64,000 nucleotides of DNA, from assembly GCA_025830695.1 (NCBI GenBank), contig GCA_025830695.1_4111.2. One strand, written 5' to 3'. Below, piece by piece: positions 39,110-47,196 of this stretch. The first letter of the stretch is position 1. Each line of letters begins with the position of its first letter. Position numbers and translations under genes: made by a program. The notes beneath the pieces were generated by a model, which was given only the letters and a program-made list of their open reading frames with translations, did not search any database and was not told where the DNA came from. The DNA is from a phage.

Positions 39110-39316
39110 ATGAGTCTTTTAATTGACCGTATCAAAGAGCTTGAAGAAAAAGAATTGCAGTTAATCGGCTTACAGAATAAAATCTTTCATGATTTGGGGA
39201 GTTTTATCAATGCCTGGGATAGTGGCGATCCTGGTGCGTTACCTGCTAACCGCCAGGCGATGATCAATGATGTGCGTAGTGTTTATGAATATGTTTTAAA
39301 AAGTACTGGACACTAA
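39110..39316 (+). CDS. hypothetical protein (68 aa)
   Basis: Same GAGGATTATCTAATG initiation module duplicated. Confidence 0.5.
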   Translation: MSLLIDRIKELEEKELQLIGLQNKIFHDLGSFINAWDSGDPGALPANRQAMINDVRSVYEYVLKSTGH

Positions 39317-39372
39317 GCAATAAAGGCGTATAATACTTTATATCGAGTTAACACTACCCAGGAGTAACAGCG

Positions 39373-39561
39373 ATGTTTAATATTTTAATTGTTAATGAGC
39401 AAGGGAACGAGATTGAAACAATTCAATCCCCTATTAATCCGATTGGTACTCATAGCATTGTAACACAAAAAGCGGTTTATGATTGCATCGAGTTCGCTGC
39501 GGACTTTAAAAACAATCAAATTGTTGTGCACGTTGAGAATGATTTTATGGAATTTAATTAA
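39373..39561 (+). CDS. hypothetical protein (62 aa)
   Basis: AGGAG SD. Confidence 0.55.
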   Translation: MFNILIVNEQGNEIETIQSPINPIGTHSIVTQKAVYDCIEFAADFKNNQIVVHVENDFMEFN

Positions 39562-39567
39562 AAGTAC

Positions 39568-39626
39568 TTGCAATTAGTTTTCAGTACTGTATAATAGTTT
39601 ACATAGAGGGGAGAAATGGTTCTCCC
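39568..39626 (+). promoter_or_regulatory. PeSL-like cassette
   Basis: TTGCAA 39568-73, TATAAT 39590-95, hairpin GGGGAGAAATGGTTCTCCC. Confidence 0.65.
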
Positions 39627-39645
39627 TGGTAATGAGGAAAATACA

Positions 39646-39867
39646 ATGGCTAATATCACTACTCTTTCTCAACTGGAAGCACTGGTTAAATCTATGCGGG
39701 AACATGCCGACAAGATCGGCGTAAAAGATCCAGCCGTTTGCTTCTGCGACGAATTGAATGATGATACACTGGTAATAGCAGAAGTCCAGGACGTTTCTAA
39801 CTATTCATCGCGTTACACTGGCGGCGTAGCAAATAAAGGTGACTTCTGTTTATACCTTACTAAGTAA
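39646..39867 (+). CDS. hypothetical protein (73 aa)
   Basis: ATG after TGAGGAAA. Confidence 0.6.
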   Translation: MANITTLSQLEALVKSMREHADKIGVKDPAVCFCDELNDDTLVIAEVQDVSNYSSRYTGGVANKGDFCLYLTK

Positions 39868-39873
39868 TACATA

Positions 39874-39897
39874 GGGGATCGATTGATCCCCTTTATT
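39874..39897 (+). terminator. intrinsic terminator (GGGGATCGATTGATCCCC + TTTATT)
   Basis: Palindromic hairpin plus T-rich tail. Confidence 0.65.
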
Positions 39898-39971
39898 GTT
39901 AAGTACTGAATCATTTAATAGACGGATCTCGGCACCCGGTGGGTTAGTGACTGTTTCGTCTTGATGTAGTA

Positions 39972-40000
39972 ATTATGCCAGTACTGGATGCAGTTGTCAA
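39972..40000 (-). promoter_or_regulatory. minus-strand promoter (TTGACA-17-CATAAT) driving ORF-free transcript
   Basis: Transcript would start CATCAAGACGAAACAGTCACTAACCCACCGGGTGC. Confidence 0.45.
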
Positions 40001-40033
40001 CAATTATTTTTCAAATACTTTTTATTAAAATAC

Positions 40034-40089
40034 TTGCTATTAGTTTTTAAACGCGTATAATGTTTTGCATAGGGGGAGCGGTTCCCCCT
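40034..40089 (+). promoter_or_regulatory. PeSL-like cassette
   Basis: TTGCTA 40034-39, TATAAT 40056-61, hairpin AGGGGGAGCGGTTCCCCCT. Confidence 0.6.
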
Positions 40090-40109
40090 GGTAACTAAGG
40101 AATAAGAAA

Positions 40110-40346
40110 ATGCTTGAACAAATCAAAACAACGTCTGCTAATGTAACGGGAACGGTATCACACTTTATTGGTGATGAATCGCGGGGCGTTCCCTATTGTG
40201 CTGTACATGTAAACACTGAGGGTAACTACTGGTTTACGGTTTACGGATCATATTCATTTGGACGGCCAGGGCATCAAAAAATTCTGGATAAAGTACAACC
40301 AACGGGTAAAAATATTACTGCCGAAATGTTTTATAAAAAATCATAA
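40110..40346 (+). CDS. hypothetical protein (78 aa)
   Basis: AAGGAA SD. Confidence 0.6.
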   Translation: MLEQIKTTSANVTGTVSHFIGDESRGVPYCAVHVNTEGNYWFTVYGSYSFGRPGHQKILDKVQPTGKNITAEMFYKKS

Positions 40347-40351
40347 AGTAC

Positions 40352-40410
40352 TTGCAATTAGTTTTTAGTACTGTACAATATTTTACATCGCACGGGGGAG
40401 CGGTTCCCCC
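40352..40410 (+). promoter_or_regulatory. PeSL-like cassette
   Basis: TTGCAA 40352-57, TACAAT 40374-79, hairpin GGGGGAGCGGTTCCCCC. Confidence 0.6.
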
Positions 40411-40430
40411 TGGTAACTAAGGATAATCAA

Positions 40431-40730
40431 ATGAAAATTGCAATCATCGCCCTGGCTTTATCTGTTTCCTCTTTCGCTGTTAATGCGTCGTTAGATGTAA
40501 GTAGTGAAAAATTCATTCAGTGCACTGTTGCGATGACAGATGAAAGTACTGGCGAGATTGTTTTAAAGGATTTAGAGATCCAGCCAGAAGCATTTAAAAG
40601 CGGCCCGTTCCATGAAGAAGACGAAAAAGGTAGCACGACAATTTATTACGATGTAAGTACTAAGCGTGGATCGGTCACGGTTATGGATACTGAGAAAGTA
40701 ACGCACACCGGAGTAATTAACTGTTTATAA
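40431..40730 (+). CDS. small secreted protein with signal peptide (99 aa)
   Basis: N-terminal MKIAIIALALSVSSFAVNASL. Confidence 0.6.
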   Translation: MKIAIIALALSVSSFAVNASLDVSSEKFIQCTVAMTDESTGEIVLKDLEIQPEAFKSGPFHEEDEKGSTTIYYDVSTKRGSVTVMDTEKVTHTGVINCL

Positions 40731-40747
40731 TATAGTACTGAATCACT

Positions 40748-40775
40748 AGCCCACCTTAAACAGTGGGCTTTTTTG
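40748..40775 (+). terminator. intrinsic terminator (AGCCCAC-CTTAAAC-AGTGGGCT + T6)
   Basis: Hairpin plus T-tract; identical copy at 41483. Confidence 0.8.
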
Positions 40776-40827
40776 TTTTTGTATTATCGTAGTACTGCAT
40801 ACTTTAAAAATAGTTTTAAAATAGTAG

Positions 40828-40855
40828 TTGACATTACCACAAAAAGGCGTAGAAT
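40828..40855 (+). promoter_or_regulatory. promoter (TTGACA-16-TAGAAT) with ~120-nt leader
   Basis: Leader shares motifs with leader at 48005-48150. Confidence 0.5.
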
Positions 40856-40978
40856 GTATTACATCAAGACGGGGAGCACTAAGTAGACCGCCAGTAAGTC
40901 GAACGAAAAACTGGACACGTCGATAAAACTTTGATACACTAATAAACGTAAACTAAACTTTAATTGAGGATTTATAAA

Positions 40979-41461
40979 ATGGCTAATGTAAAATCATTCC
41001 TGAAAGCACTGATTTCAAACGATACTGTTATTGCTGCTGAATTGTTGGCTGACCTGGATAACGATACCATGAAAGCAGTACGCAACAATTTTAACATTGC
41101 GTACAGTGAAGCTAAAGAACTGCAAGCCAAAAAGGTAGCAGAACTGGAAGAACAGAAAAAAGCCCGTGAAGCCGAACTGCAAGCAACAATCGAAAGTATC
41201 CAGGCGGCGGTGGCTGGATTGGATCTGGAAGTAGTTGTAGAAATGGCACATAAAGCCCTGGCGGTTAAGTATGGTGAAGATAAGCCAGAATCTAAACCTA
41301 AAAAATGGATTCAAGAACGTGTTACTGTAGTACTTGATAACGGGGAAGAACATATGATTCCTGTACGCGGTAACTGCATTGCGGTAGTACTGGACGCTAT
41401 CAAAGAAAGCGGTATGACTCGCGAGGAATGGATCGAAGCTCATCGCAAAGTTGAAGCATAA
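40979..41461 (+). CDS. hypothetical protein (160 aa)
   Basis: ATG after TGAGGA; charged helical middle. Confidence 0.6.
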   Translation: MANVKSFLKALISNDTVIAAELLADLDNDTMKAVRNNFNIAYSEAKELQAKKVAELEEQKKAREAELQATIESIQAAVAGLDLEVVVEMAHKALAVKYGEDKPESKPKKWIQERVTVVLDNGEEHMIPVRGNCIAVVLDAIKESGMTREEWIEAHRKVEA

Positions 41462-41482
41462 CAATTAAAGTACTGAATCACT

Positions 41483-41510
41483 AGCCCACCTTAAACAGTG
41501 GGCTTTTTTG
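41483..41510 (+). terminator. intrinsic terminator (AGCCCACCTTAAACAGTGGGCT + T6)
   Basis: Same sequence as 40748 terminator. Confidence 0.8.
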
Positions 41511-41590
41511 TGTCTGTAGTATTCCAGTCCACCAGCACCGCCTAGAATCGATTCTAACGCATTAAACTGATTATCTGATACATCGCCCTA

Positions 41591-41598
41591 GCTGGTGG
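41591..41598 (+). other. Chi-like octamer GCTGGTGG
   Basis: Pairs with CCACCAGC at 41529-41536. Confidence 0.45.
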
Positions 41599-41663
41599 CG
41601 TTAAGGTCGTTAGAATGCGATTGAGAGCGTTTAAAGTATTTTGCAAAAAGTAATAAAAAGTAC

Positions 41664-41722
41664 TTGCACGATTAAGAGATTAGCGTATAATGTTTTACAT
41701 CGAGAGGGGGAAACGGTTCTCC
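41664..41722 (+). promoter_or_regulatory. PeSL-like cassette
   Basis: TTGCAC 41664-69, TATAAT 41686-91, hairpin with G-U pairs. Confidence 0.55.
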
Positions 41723-41746
41723 TTCCAAATCAAAGGAATCAAAACA

Positions 41747-41974
41747 ATGGCTATTATCATTACTCGCGTATCTGGTACTACTGGCAACGAACAAGTAGTT
41801 GCAGTCATTACTAACAAGGCAGGTGCGGAATTGCAAAATGCAATGAATACCTGGGCCGTTAATGAGTTCGGTCAGTGGGCAAGTGTAGCATACATTGAAA
41901 CCTATCAAGTGCCGTCGATTAGTTTAACTGATTTGGGCGTTGAGCGTATCCTTTGCCTGGATGAATTAAATTAA
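41747..41974 (+). CDS. hypothetical protein (75 aa), MAII family
   Basis: ATG after AAAGGAA. Confidence 0.55.
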   Translation: MAIIITRVSGTTGNEQVVAVITNKAGAELQNAMNTWAVNEFGQWASVAYIETYQVPSISLTDLGVERILCLDELN

Positions 41975-41983
41975 AAAAAGTAC

Positions 41984-42042
41984 TTGCAAAGTAAATCGAA
42001 TAAAGTATAATACATTACATCAAGGGGAGAAATGGTTCTCCC
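41984..42042 (+). promoter_or_regulatory. PeSL-like cassette
   Basis: TTGCAA 41984-89, TATAAT 42006-11, hairpin GGGGAGAAATGGTTCTCCC. Confidence 0.65.
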
Positions 42043-42061
42043 TGATAATGAGGAAACTAAA

Positions 42062-42274
42062 ATGGCTATCATTACTAAAATCAAAGTTAACAAGACTATC
42101 GTTAAACTGGCAGAAGTGAAAGAAGGTTATAAAGTATCTTGGTGCGGTATGTATCGGACGTTCGCAGATATAGATGATGCGATCAATTATTACAGTGACA
42201 CGGTTAAAAACTTTGTTCGTGCTGATGTGGTTATGGCAGTGGCAACATATAAAGCAGCGAAAGAAAGTAAGTAA
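42062..42274 (+). CDS. hypothetical protein (70 aa), MAII family
   Basis: Resembles 45110 gene. Confidence 0.55.
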   Translation: MAIITKIKVNKTIVKLAEVKEGYKVSWCGMYRTFADIDDAINYYSDTVKNFVRADVVMAVATYKAAKESK

Positions 42275-42293
42275 AAATATTATCACAGTACTA

Positions 42294-42322
42294 TTGACAT
42301 AGTTTGATAGTACTGGCATAAT
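42294..42322 (+). promoter_or_regulatory. promoter (TTGACA-17-CATAAT)
   Basis: Upstream AAAATATTATCACAGTACTAT block shared with 45018. Confidence 0.55.
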
Positions 42323-42365
42323 AGATTTTATCAAGACGACACATATTAATTTAAGGAATACTAAA

Positions 42366-42689
42366 ATGGCTAAAACTATCATCAACACCGTTTCCCTGGC
42401 TGCAATCCATGCAATCAATGTTGACGGTAAACGTTGGACTGATTCATATGGCAATACTTATCATTCTTGTCATGTAAGCGTTGAACTGGATAACGGCTTG
42501 AATGATCTGGCGGTTGAATCATTTACTTATGGCTATGAGGATGCATATCAACAAACGGCGGTATCACTCTTAAAGGAATCAGTAGACGGGCTTGATACTG
42601 TTGAAACCTCCCTCTATCGTTTGTGCAATGATCTTAATATCCCGTTGCATTGTACTGTACAGAATGTTAAACGCAAAAAAGATCTTTAA
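42366..42689 (+). CDS. hypothetical protein (107 aa), paralog of 48510
   Basis: Shared RWTDS.GNTYHSC.VS motif. Confidence 0.6.
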   Translation: MAKTIINTVSLAAIHAINVDGKRWTDSYGNTYHSCHVSVELDNGLNDLAVESFTYGYEDAYQQTAVSLLKESVDGLDTVETSLYRLCNDLNIPLHCTVQNVKRKKDL

Positions 42690-42769
42690 TTAGCTTTACT
42701 TTATGCAGATACTTTGATATAGTGTCTGCATAGGGGAAAGAAATTAAATCAACTTAAGAGGAAAGTAAA

Positions 42770-43039
42770 ATGAAAAATATCAGTACTTTAATCGATGCAG
42801 GTACACATGTTCGTCGGTCTATGGTTGCAACCAGTTCTACAAAACAAGTACCAAGCGGTTATCTTGTATTTGTGCACGATGGTAAACTCCTGGAACGTTC
42901 AATCAATTTTGATGTTAAAAACAATTGCCGTTTTATTATCTTTAAGCGTGAACAATATAAAATTGATTTGCCAGCGAAGCCCATAAGCGGGGCGTACAAC
43001 GTGCAATCATTGTTTGAGCGTCAACCATACACCTATTGA
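42770..43039 (+). CDS. hypothetical protein (89 aa)
   Basis: AGAGGAAAG SD. Confidence 0.55.
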   Translation: MKNISTLIDAGTHVRRSMVATSSTKQVPSGYLVFVHDGKLLERSINFDVKNNCRFIIFKREQYKIDLPAKPISGAYNVQSLFERQPYTY

Positions 43040-43090
43040 TCAAATCATCGTTAGTGGTCGATTTAGGCCGCTTATATTGGGGATTATACC

Positions 43091-43261
43091 ATGAACGTTA
43101 ATCAAGTACTGAATGAGATCGAAAGCATCATTAAACCGATGAAGCGTATTGATGCTGTTCCTACACCGGAAGAATGCCGCCTTTATGAGCGTTACAGTGT
43201 GGAACAAGCCCAGGAAATGGCCCGTATCCGTCCGGTTGCCAGTACTGATAAGGCGGCGTAA
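43091..43261 (+). CDS. hypothetical protein (56 aa)
   Basis: Below track cutoff; competes with minus ORF 43040..43366. Confidence 0.35.
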   Translation: MNVNQVLNEIESIIKPMKRIDAVPTPEECRLYERYSVEQAQEMARIRPVASTDKAA

Positions 43262-43262
43262 T

Positions 43263-43472
43263 ATGCTTACTGTACAGGATAAGATCGACATCTTAAAGGT
43301 TAATATGTATGTGATTGATGCCGTACCTGGTAAAGTATTTGCATACGATGACACCACTGTAAGCAATTTCTACTATAGCCAGGACGTGGGGGATCTTTCT
43401 GTACAGTCGGTTATTGAAAATGTAGTTAATGCAGCGTATGAGCATTTACTTTCAAATAGTACTTGCAATTAG
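43263..43472 (+). CDS. hypothetical protein (69 aa)
   Basis: In-frame ATG 1 nt after upstream stop. Confidence 0.4.
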   Translation: MLTVQDKIDILKVNMYVIDAVPGKVFAYDDTTVSNFYYSQDVGDLSVQSVIENVVNAAYEHLLSNSTCN

Positions 43473-43522
43473 TTTTCAGTACTGTATAATGTTTTACATG
43501 AAGGGGAGAAATAGTACTCCCC
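43463..43522 (+). promoter_or_regulatory. PeSL-like cassette
   Basis: TTGCAA 43463-68, TATAAT 43485-90, hairpin GGGGAG...CTCCCC. Confidence 0.6.
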
Positions 43523-43541
43523 ACTAATTAAGGAATATGAA

Positions 43542-43688
43542 ATGAAAGCATCAAAAAAGAGTAATACTAAGAAAGCATGTTCACCTTTCGCTGGGGTATT
43601 CCCTTTACGTTTCGTTGATGAAGTGGTTTCCTACCCGCCGGGCCTTACTCCTGAGATGGTAGAAAGTTTGCGTAAATCTAAAAAATAA
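43542..43688 (+). CDS. hypothetical basic protein (48 aa)
   Basis: AAGGAA SD; sits between two PeSL cassettes. Confidence 0.4.
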   Translation: MKASKKSNTKKACSPFAGVFPLRFVDEVVSYPPGLTPEMVESLRKSKK

Positions 43689-43691
43689 TAC

Positions 43692-43751
43692 TTGCAATTA
43701 GTTTTCAGTACTGTATAATGTTTTACATCAAGGGGAGAAATGATTCTCCCC
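43692..43751 (+). promoter_or_regulatory. PeSL-like cassette
   Basis: TTGCAA 43692-97, TATAAT 43714-19, hairpin GGGGAGAAATGATTCTCCCC. Confidence 0.65.
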
Positions 43752-43769
43752 ACTATCAGGAGAAACAAA

Positions 43770-43922
43770 ATGAAACAATATAATGCTCGGTTTGATGTTA
43801 CTATCGGTAACGGCAAAGGTCAATTTTCTTTCAGTACTCGACGCAGTTATACAGAAAACTTCCTGCGTAATTGTGCACTGACCGCCGCACAAATTAAACA
43901 TTACTTTCAGGCTAAAAAATGA
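43770..43922 (+). CDS. hypothetical protein (50 aa)
   Basis: ATG after CAGGAG SD. Confidence 0.45.
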   Translation: MKQYNARFDVTIGNGKGQFSFSTRRSYTENFLRNCALTAAQIKHYFQAKK

Positions 43923-44008
43923 AATCATTGGCTTATTACAGTTCGGCCCTGGTCGGTGCATTGATCGCGGCATTGTTAGTAACCTATCTATTCTTTATGG
44001 TGATTTAA
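43919..44008 (+). CDS. micro membrane peptide (29 aa)
   Basis: ATGA overlap; single hydrophobic helix. Confidence 0.35.
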   Translation: MKSLAYYSSALVGALIAALLVTYLFFMVI

Positions 44009-44143
44009 ATGAATCCTAACGGTATAATTTACAGTACTCCTAAAACGAAAGCAGACAAGGTAAACGCTAAAAAAGCGAAAGTAAAGGAGTACATCAAACA
44101 AGGAATGACACGAAAGGCCGCAGTACTTAAAGCTAAAAAATAA
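44009..44143 (+). CDS. hypothetical basic protein (44 aa)
   Basis: TAAATG junction; ends before terminator. Confidence 0.35.
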   Translation: MNPNGIIYSTPKTKADKVNAKKAKVKEYIKQGMTRKAAVLKAKK

Positions 44144-44153
44144 ATGAAAAAAG

Positions 44154-44177
44154 TGGTTGACTTCGGTCAGCCATTTT
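44154..44177 (+). terminator. intrinsic terminator TGGTTGACTTCGGTCAGCCA + TTTTG
   Basis: UUCG-tetraloop hairpin. Confidence 0.8.
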
Positions 44178-44203
44178 GCTATTATATATTCATTGAGAGA
44201 TAG

Positions 44204-44236
44204 CTCACTAGCCCACAGGGTGCAGGAGTGTATCTA
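44204..44236 (+). repeat. conserved leader element CTCACTAGCCCACAGGGTGCAGGAGTGTATCTA
   Basis: Also at 38258, 45891, 47901, 50896, 53161; inverted at 36168, 38329, 39932. Confidence 0.6.
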
Positions 44237-44289
44237 TTGTATAATGTTTGAGTACTGAAAACTATTTTAAAGTATTTGATAAAAAGTAC

Positions 44290-44349
44290 TTGCAAACTAT
44301 CTCAATAGGCGTATAATGTTTTACATCGAAAGGGGAAACGGTTTCCTCT
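44290..44349 (+). promoter_or_regulatory. PeSL-like cassette
   Basis: TTGCAA 44290-95, TATAAT 44312-17, hairpin AGGGGAAAC-GG-GTTTCCTCT. Confidence 0.65.
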
Positions 44350-44368
44350 GGTAATAAGGAAACGAATC

Positions 44369-44710
44369 ATGACTATCTCAATTGCTCAATCTAACTTTGA
44401 AAACGAAATCATCGCTCAGGCACTGCGTTTAAATGATGGTCGGGCCGAAATCAATTACGGTTTCAATTCAGGCGGTTGTGAAAAATATCAGTACTTTGTA
44501 ACGGCTGATGGCTGTGTCCTGGGCATCAATACAGTTATTGTAAACATTCAGAAAATTAATTTCAATGATCCAGACGATAGCCAGTTTTACATTGTAGGCG
44601 TAGACGTGAACTATGAGGATGACTCACTAACTGATGATCACACTGGCGAGCGGTTAGAAAGTGCATACGGTGAAGATGATTATCAGTCCGGTCCAGAAGA
44701 TTTCGAATAA
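44369..44710 (+). CDS. acidic hypothetical protein (113 aa)
   Basis: AAGGAAA SD. Confidence 0.6.
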   Translation: MTISIAQSNFENEIIAQALRLNDGRAEINYGFNSGGCEKYQYFVTADGCVLGINTVIVNIQKINFNDPDDSQFYIVGVDVNYEDDSLTDDHTGERLESAYGEDDYQSGPEDFE

Positions 44711-44724
44711 TATTAAAAAATAGT

Positions 44725-44783
44725 TTGACAATAGATTATAGTACTGTATAATGTTTTACATGAAGGGGAGAATAGTTCTCCCC
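44725..44783 (+). promoter_or_regulatory. PeSL-like cassette (TTGACA-16-TATAAT)
   Basis: TTGACA 44725-30, TATAAT 44747-52, hairpin GGGGAGAATAGTTCTCCCC. Confidence 0.7.
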
Positions 44784-44803
44784 ACTAACAGAGAGAAAAC
44801 AAA

Positions 44804-45016
44804 ATGGCTAATATCCGGTCGAAATTAAAAAATGCAAAACAAGTTTTATTTTCAGATCATGAATACTTTAATAAAGATATTACAGGAGTTACAAGTATCA
44901 AGGAGGTAAAAGAAAAAACCGGAGTTTTGTGTGATGTGCGATTAGTTGGAACATTTGGGAATAACGTGCTATATCGCTGTGGTGATTACAATTTTACACT
45001 GACTATTATTAACTAA
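44804..45016 (+). CDS. hypothetical protein (70 aa)
   Basis: AGAGAGAAA SD. Confidence 0.6.
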   Translation: MANIRSKLKNAKQVLFSDHEYFNKDITGVTSIKEVKEKTGVLCDVRLVGTFGNNVLYRCGDYNFTLTIIN

Positions 45017-45045
45017 AAAATATTATCACAGTACTATCAAAGCTA

Positions 45046-45074
45046 TTGACACTGATTGATAGTACTGGCATAAT
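45046..45074 (+). promoter_or_regulatory. promoter (TTGACA-17-CATAAT)
   Basis: Same architecture as 42294 promoter. Confidence 0.55.
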
Positions 45075-45109
45075 AACTTTTATCAACTACACTACTAAGG
45101 AATTAAAAA

Positions 45110-45289
45110 ATGGCTATCATCGCAAAAACTGAAATCGTTGGTCTGGATTCTATCATCATGACGTTTGAAGATCAAAAAGGTATGTATGTAGTTTCCTATG
45201 GTGATTATGTTCGGGAGTATGAAACGGTAGACGAAGCCTTTGAAAGCTATATTCGCCAGGTGAATAAAGCATACGACGACTACCGCTAA
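45110..45289 (+). CDS. hypothetical protein (59 aa), MAII family
   Basis: AAGGAA SD; below track cutoff. Confidence 0.45.
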   Translation: MAIIAKTEIVGLDSIIMTFEDQKGMYVVSYGDYVREYETVDEAFESYIRQVNKAYDDYR

Positions 45290-45315
45290 AATATATTACC
45301 AGTACTATTAAAGAT

Positions 45316-45344
45316 ATTGACAACGTTTGATAGTACTGTATAAT
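45316..45344 (+). promoter_or_regulatory. promoter (TTGACA-17-TATAAT)
   Basis: Upstream of 45389 gene. Confidence 0.55.
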
Positions 45345-45388
45345 AAGTTTTATAAACAGTAGTTAACTTAACCTAAGAGAGAAATAAA

Positions 45389-45532
45389 ATGATCGCACTG
45401 GATTCATTCATCGACGCAGTACTGGCAAAAACTGGCGAGGATCTGACCGCAGAACAATACGCAATGATCGAACAATGCCAGCAAGACGGTAAATCGGTGA
45501 AAGATACTGTTAAGATTATCCGCAAGATGTAA
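45389..45532 (+). CDS. hypothetical protein (47 aa)
   Basis: AAGAGAGA SD; followed by hairpin containing GCTGGTGG. Confidence 0.4.
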   Translation: MIALDSFIDAVLAKTGEDLTAEQYAMIEQCQQDGKSVKDTVKIIRKM

Positions 45533-45553
45533 GATTATAGCCCACTGGTTAAC

Positions 45554-45561
45554 GCTGGTGG
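45554..45561 (+). other. Chi-like octamer GCTGGTGG in terminator-like hairpin
   Basis: Exact octamer in AGCCCACTGG...GCTGGTGGGCT. Confidence 0.45.
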
Positions 45562-45637
45562 GCTTTAATTCATTACCCTATACAATGCCAGTACTAAACC
45601 GTTTATCTCGTTAGAATGCGTTACAGGACGTTTAACA

Positions 45638-45835
45638 ATGATTAGCATGAAATCAGTACAAAAACAAATAGAAACATTATCAAAAATTAAACGTAAACAG
45701 TACTCGTTAGAATATACAATCAATGGTAACTATCATCTAATGAAAGAGAATAATTTTATAGTCATTGATGAATCATTGCAAATCATTAGTATAGTACTGA
45801 AAGCATTAATCAATGACAGAAAAAAATTAAAATAA
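45638..45835 (+). CDS. hypothetical protein (65 aa)
   Basis: Complete ORF. Confidence 0.5.
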   Translation: MISMKSVQKQIETLSKIKRKQYSLEYTINGNYHLMKENNFIVIDESLQIISIVLKALINDRKKLK

Positions 45836-45839
45836 TCTA

Positions 45840-45868
45840 TTGACAATATCATCCAGTACTGGCATAAT
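45840..45868 (+). promoter_or_regulatory. promoter (TTGACA-17-CATAAT) with ~300-nt leader
   Basis: Leader holds CCCATAGGGTGC element and four GATC sites in 45928-45965. Confidence 0.5.
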
Positions 45869-46166
45869 ACTTACATCAAGACGAGAACGTCACTAACCCA
45901 TAGGGTGCACAAATGTAACTGTATAATATTGATCAAAAAATGATCTGATCAATACTTGATCAATTTGCGTAAAGTAGTATAATTCTATGCAGTTGGTTAG
46001 ACGAAAGGTTATGATTAGTAGTGCAAGTGTATAAAAATTTTCATGGTGTATCGTTTCGCACATATGGGGATGAATATGTGGTATCATGTGGATTGGAAAA
46101 AGTAAGAACAAGTAATATTATTGTCGCATTACAGTACTATAGTATTTTTATAATGAGGTTAAAATA

Positions 46167-46424
46167 ATGGCAGTAGGATACGCGAAAGACGGGGCCGAAC
46201 AAGACGAGATCAACGCAGTGATTCAGGCCGCCGTTAACCACGCTAGAAAGCAAATTAACGCACAAATAGAATCACTGATACATTGCCTCGACTGCGGCGA
46301 TATAATCCCTGAGAAACGACGCCAGGCCGTTAAGGGATGTAAGTACTGCATAACTTGCCAGGAGGATCATGATAGTACTTTTAAACGTCCCCCGCGTAAT
46401 TGTTGGCATAGATCTATGAGATAA
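46167..46424 (+). CDS. DksA/TraR-family C4 zinc-finger protein (85 aa)
   Basis: C-x2-C...C-x2-C spacing and CLDCGDIIPEKRRQA...CKYCITCQ match TraR/DksA zinc ribbon. Confidence 0.7.
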   Translation: MAVGYAKDGAEQDEINAVIQAAVNHARKQINAQIESLIHCLDCGDIIPEKRRQAVKGCKYCITCQEDHDSTFKRPPRNCWHRSMR

Positions 46425-46430
46425 AAAGTA

Positions 46431-46458
46431 TTGACAGTACTGAAAGATAGTGTATAAT
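46431..46458 (+). promoter_or_regulatory. promoter (TTGACA-16-TATAAT)
   Basis: Consensus hexamers upstream of 46488 gene. Confidence 0.6.
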
Positions 46459-46487
46459 GTTTTATATCTTAACTGAGGATAGAAATC

Positions 46488-46844
46488 ATGGGAATACAAC
46501 ATATCACGCGTACTACTGACAATGGCGAGATCACTGGTTATCAAGTACAGGGCAAAGTAGCACAATTGCAGTACTGGTTTGTTAAACGTGGAATCATTGC
46601 ACCGGATCTTGATTATGACCGTGTAGCGTTTATTGATTCTCTTTATGTTGATCCTGATAGTCGGGGCAATGGTGAAGGTAACGAATTAATGAATGCCTTT
46701 ATTGATGCCGCCGATGATTCAGATTGTATCATTTTAGAATGCGATACAGGAGAAGATAACGCCTTCAATCTTAAAGAATGGTACGAAGGTTTCGGATTCG
46801 AGGTACTGATCGATAGTGAATATCCTATCATGATTTTATCATAG
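46488..46844 (+). CDS. GNAT-like N-acetyltransferase (118 aa), tentative
   Basis: LYVDPDSRGNGEGNELM resembles GNAT motif A; C-terminal WYEGFGFE. Confidence 0.5.
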   Translation: MGIQHITRTTDNGEITGYQVQGKVAQLQYWFVKRGIIAPDLDYDRVAFIDSLYVDPDSRGNGEGNELMNAFIDAADDSDCIILECDTGEDNAFNLKEWYEGFGFEVLIDSEYPIMILS

Positions 46845-46847
46845 TAC

Positions 46848-46904
46848 TTGCATTTAGTTTTCAGTAGTGTTATAGTACTTACATCAAGGGGAAACATCTT
46901 CCCC
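46848..46904 (+). promoter_or_regulatory. PeSL-like cassette (TTGCAT-17-TATAGT)
   Basis: Hairpin GGGGAAACATCTTCCCC. Confidence 0.55.
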
Positions 46905-46916
46905 TACTAAGAGGAA

Positions 46917-47111
46917 ATGAAAATGGAAAACTTATCAAGTATTTTAGTACAAGATGATTTCGGTAATCCTGGAAGTGCTATCATTGTTCGGGGTAATAAA
47001 GCAACATTTGTTATTGCTGGTGGACCTGTACAGCGTAGCATTAAAAATAATGCTGTTACCATTAATAATGTACGCTATCGCTTAGATAAAGAATTGATTC
47101 ATAAACTTTAA
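46917..47111 (+). CDS. hypothetical protein (64 aa)
   Basis: GAGGAAA SD. Confidence 0.55.
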   Translation: MKMENLSSILVQDDFGNPGSAIIVRGNKATFVIAGGPVQRSIKNNAVTINNVRYRLDKELIHKL

Positions 47112-47119
47112 AAAAGTAT

Positions 47120-47179
47120 TTGACAATAGATTATAGTACTGTATAATAAGTTACATGAAGGGGAGAAATGATTCTCCCC
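47120..47179 (+). promoter_or_regulatory. PeSL-like cassette (TTGACA-16-TATAAT)
   Basis: Hairpin GGGGAGAAATGATTCTCCCC. Confidence 0.7.
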
Positions 47180-47196
47180 ACTGAGAGGAAAGAAAA

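Noticed and set aside
41015-43973. Minus-strand ORFs in the PeSL region (41015..41464, 41672..41908, 42020..42454, 43040..43366, 43631..43816, 43728..43973)
   Set aside because: Antisense to plus-strand genes with cassettes and SD sequences. 43040..43366 is the least certain because the plus-strand alternatives there are short.
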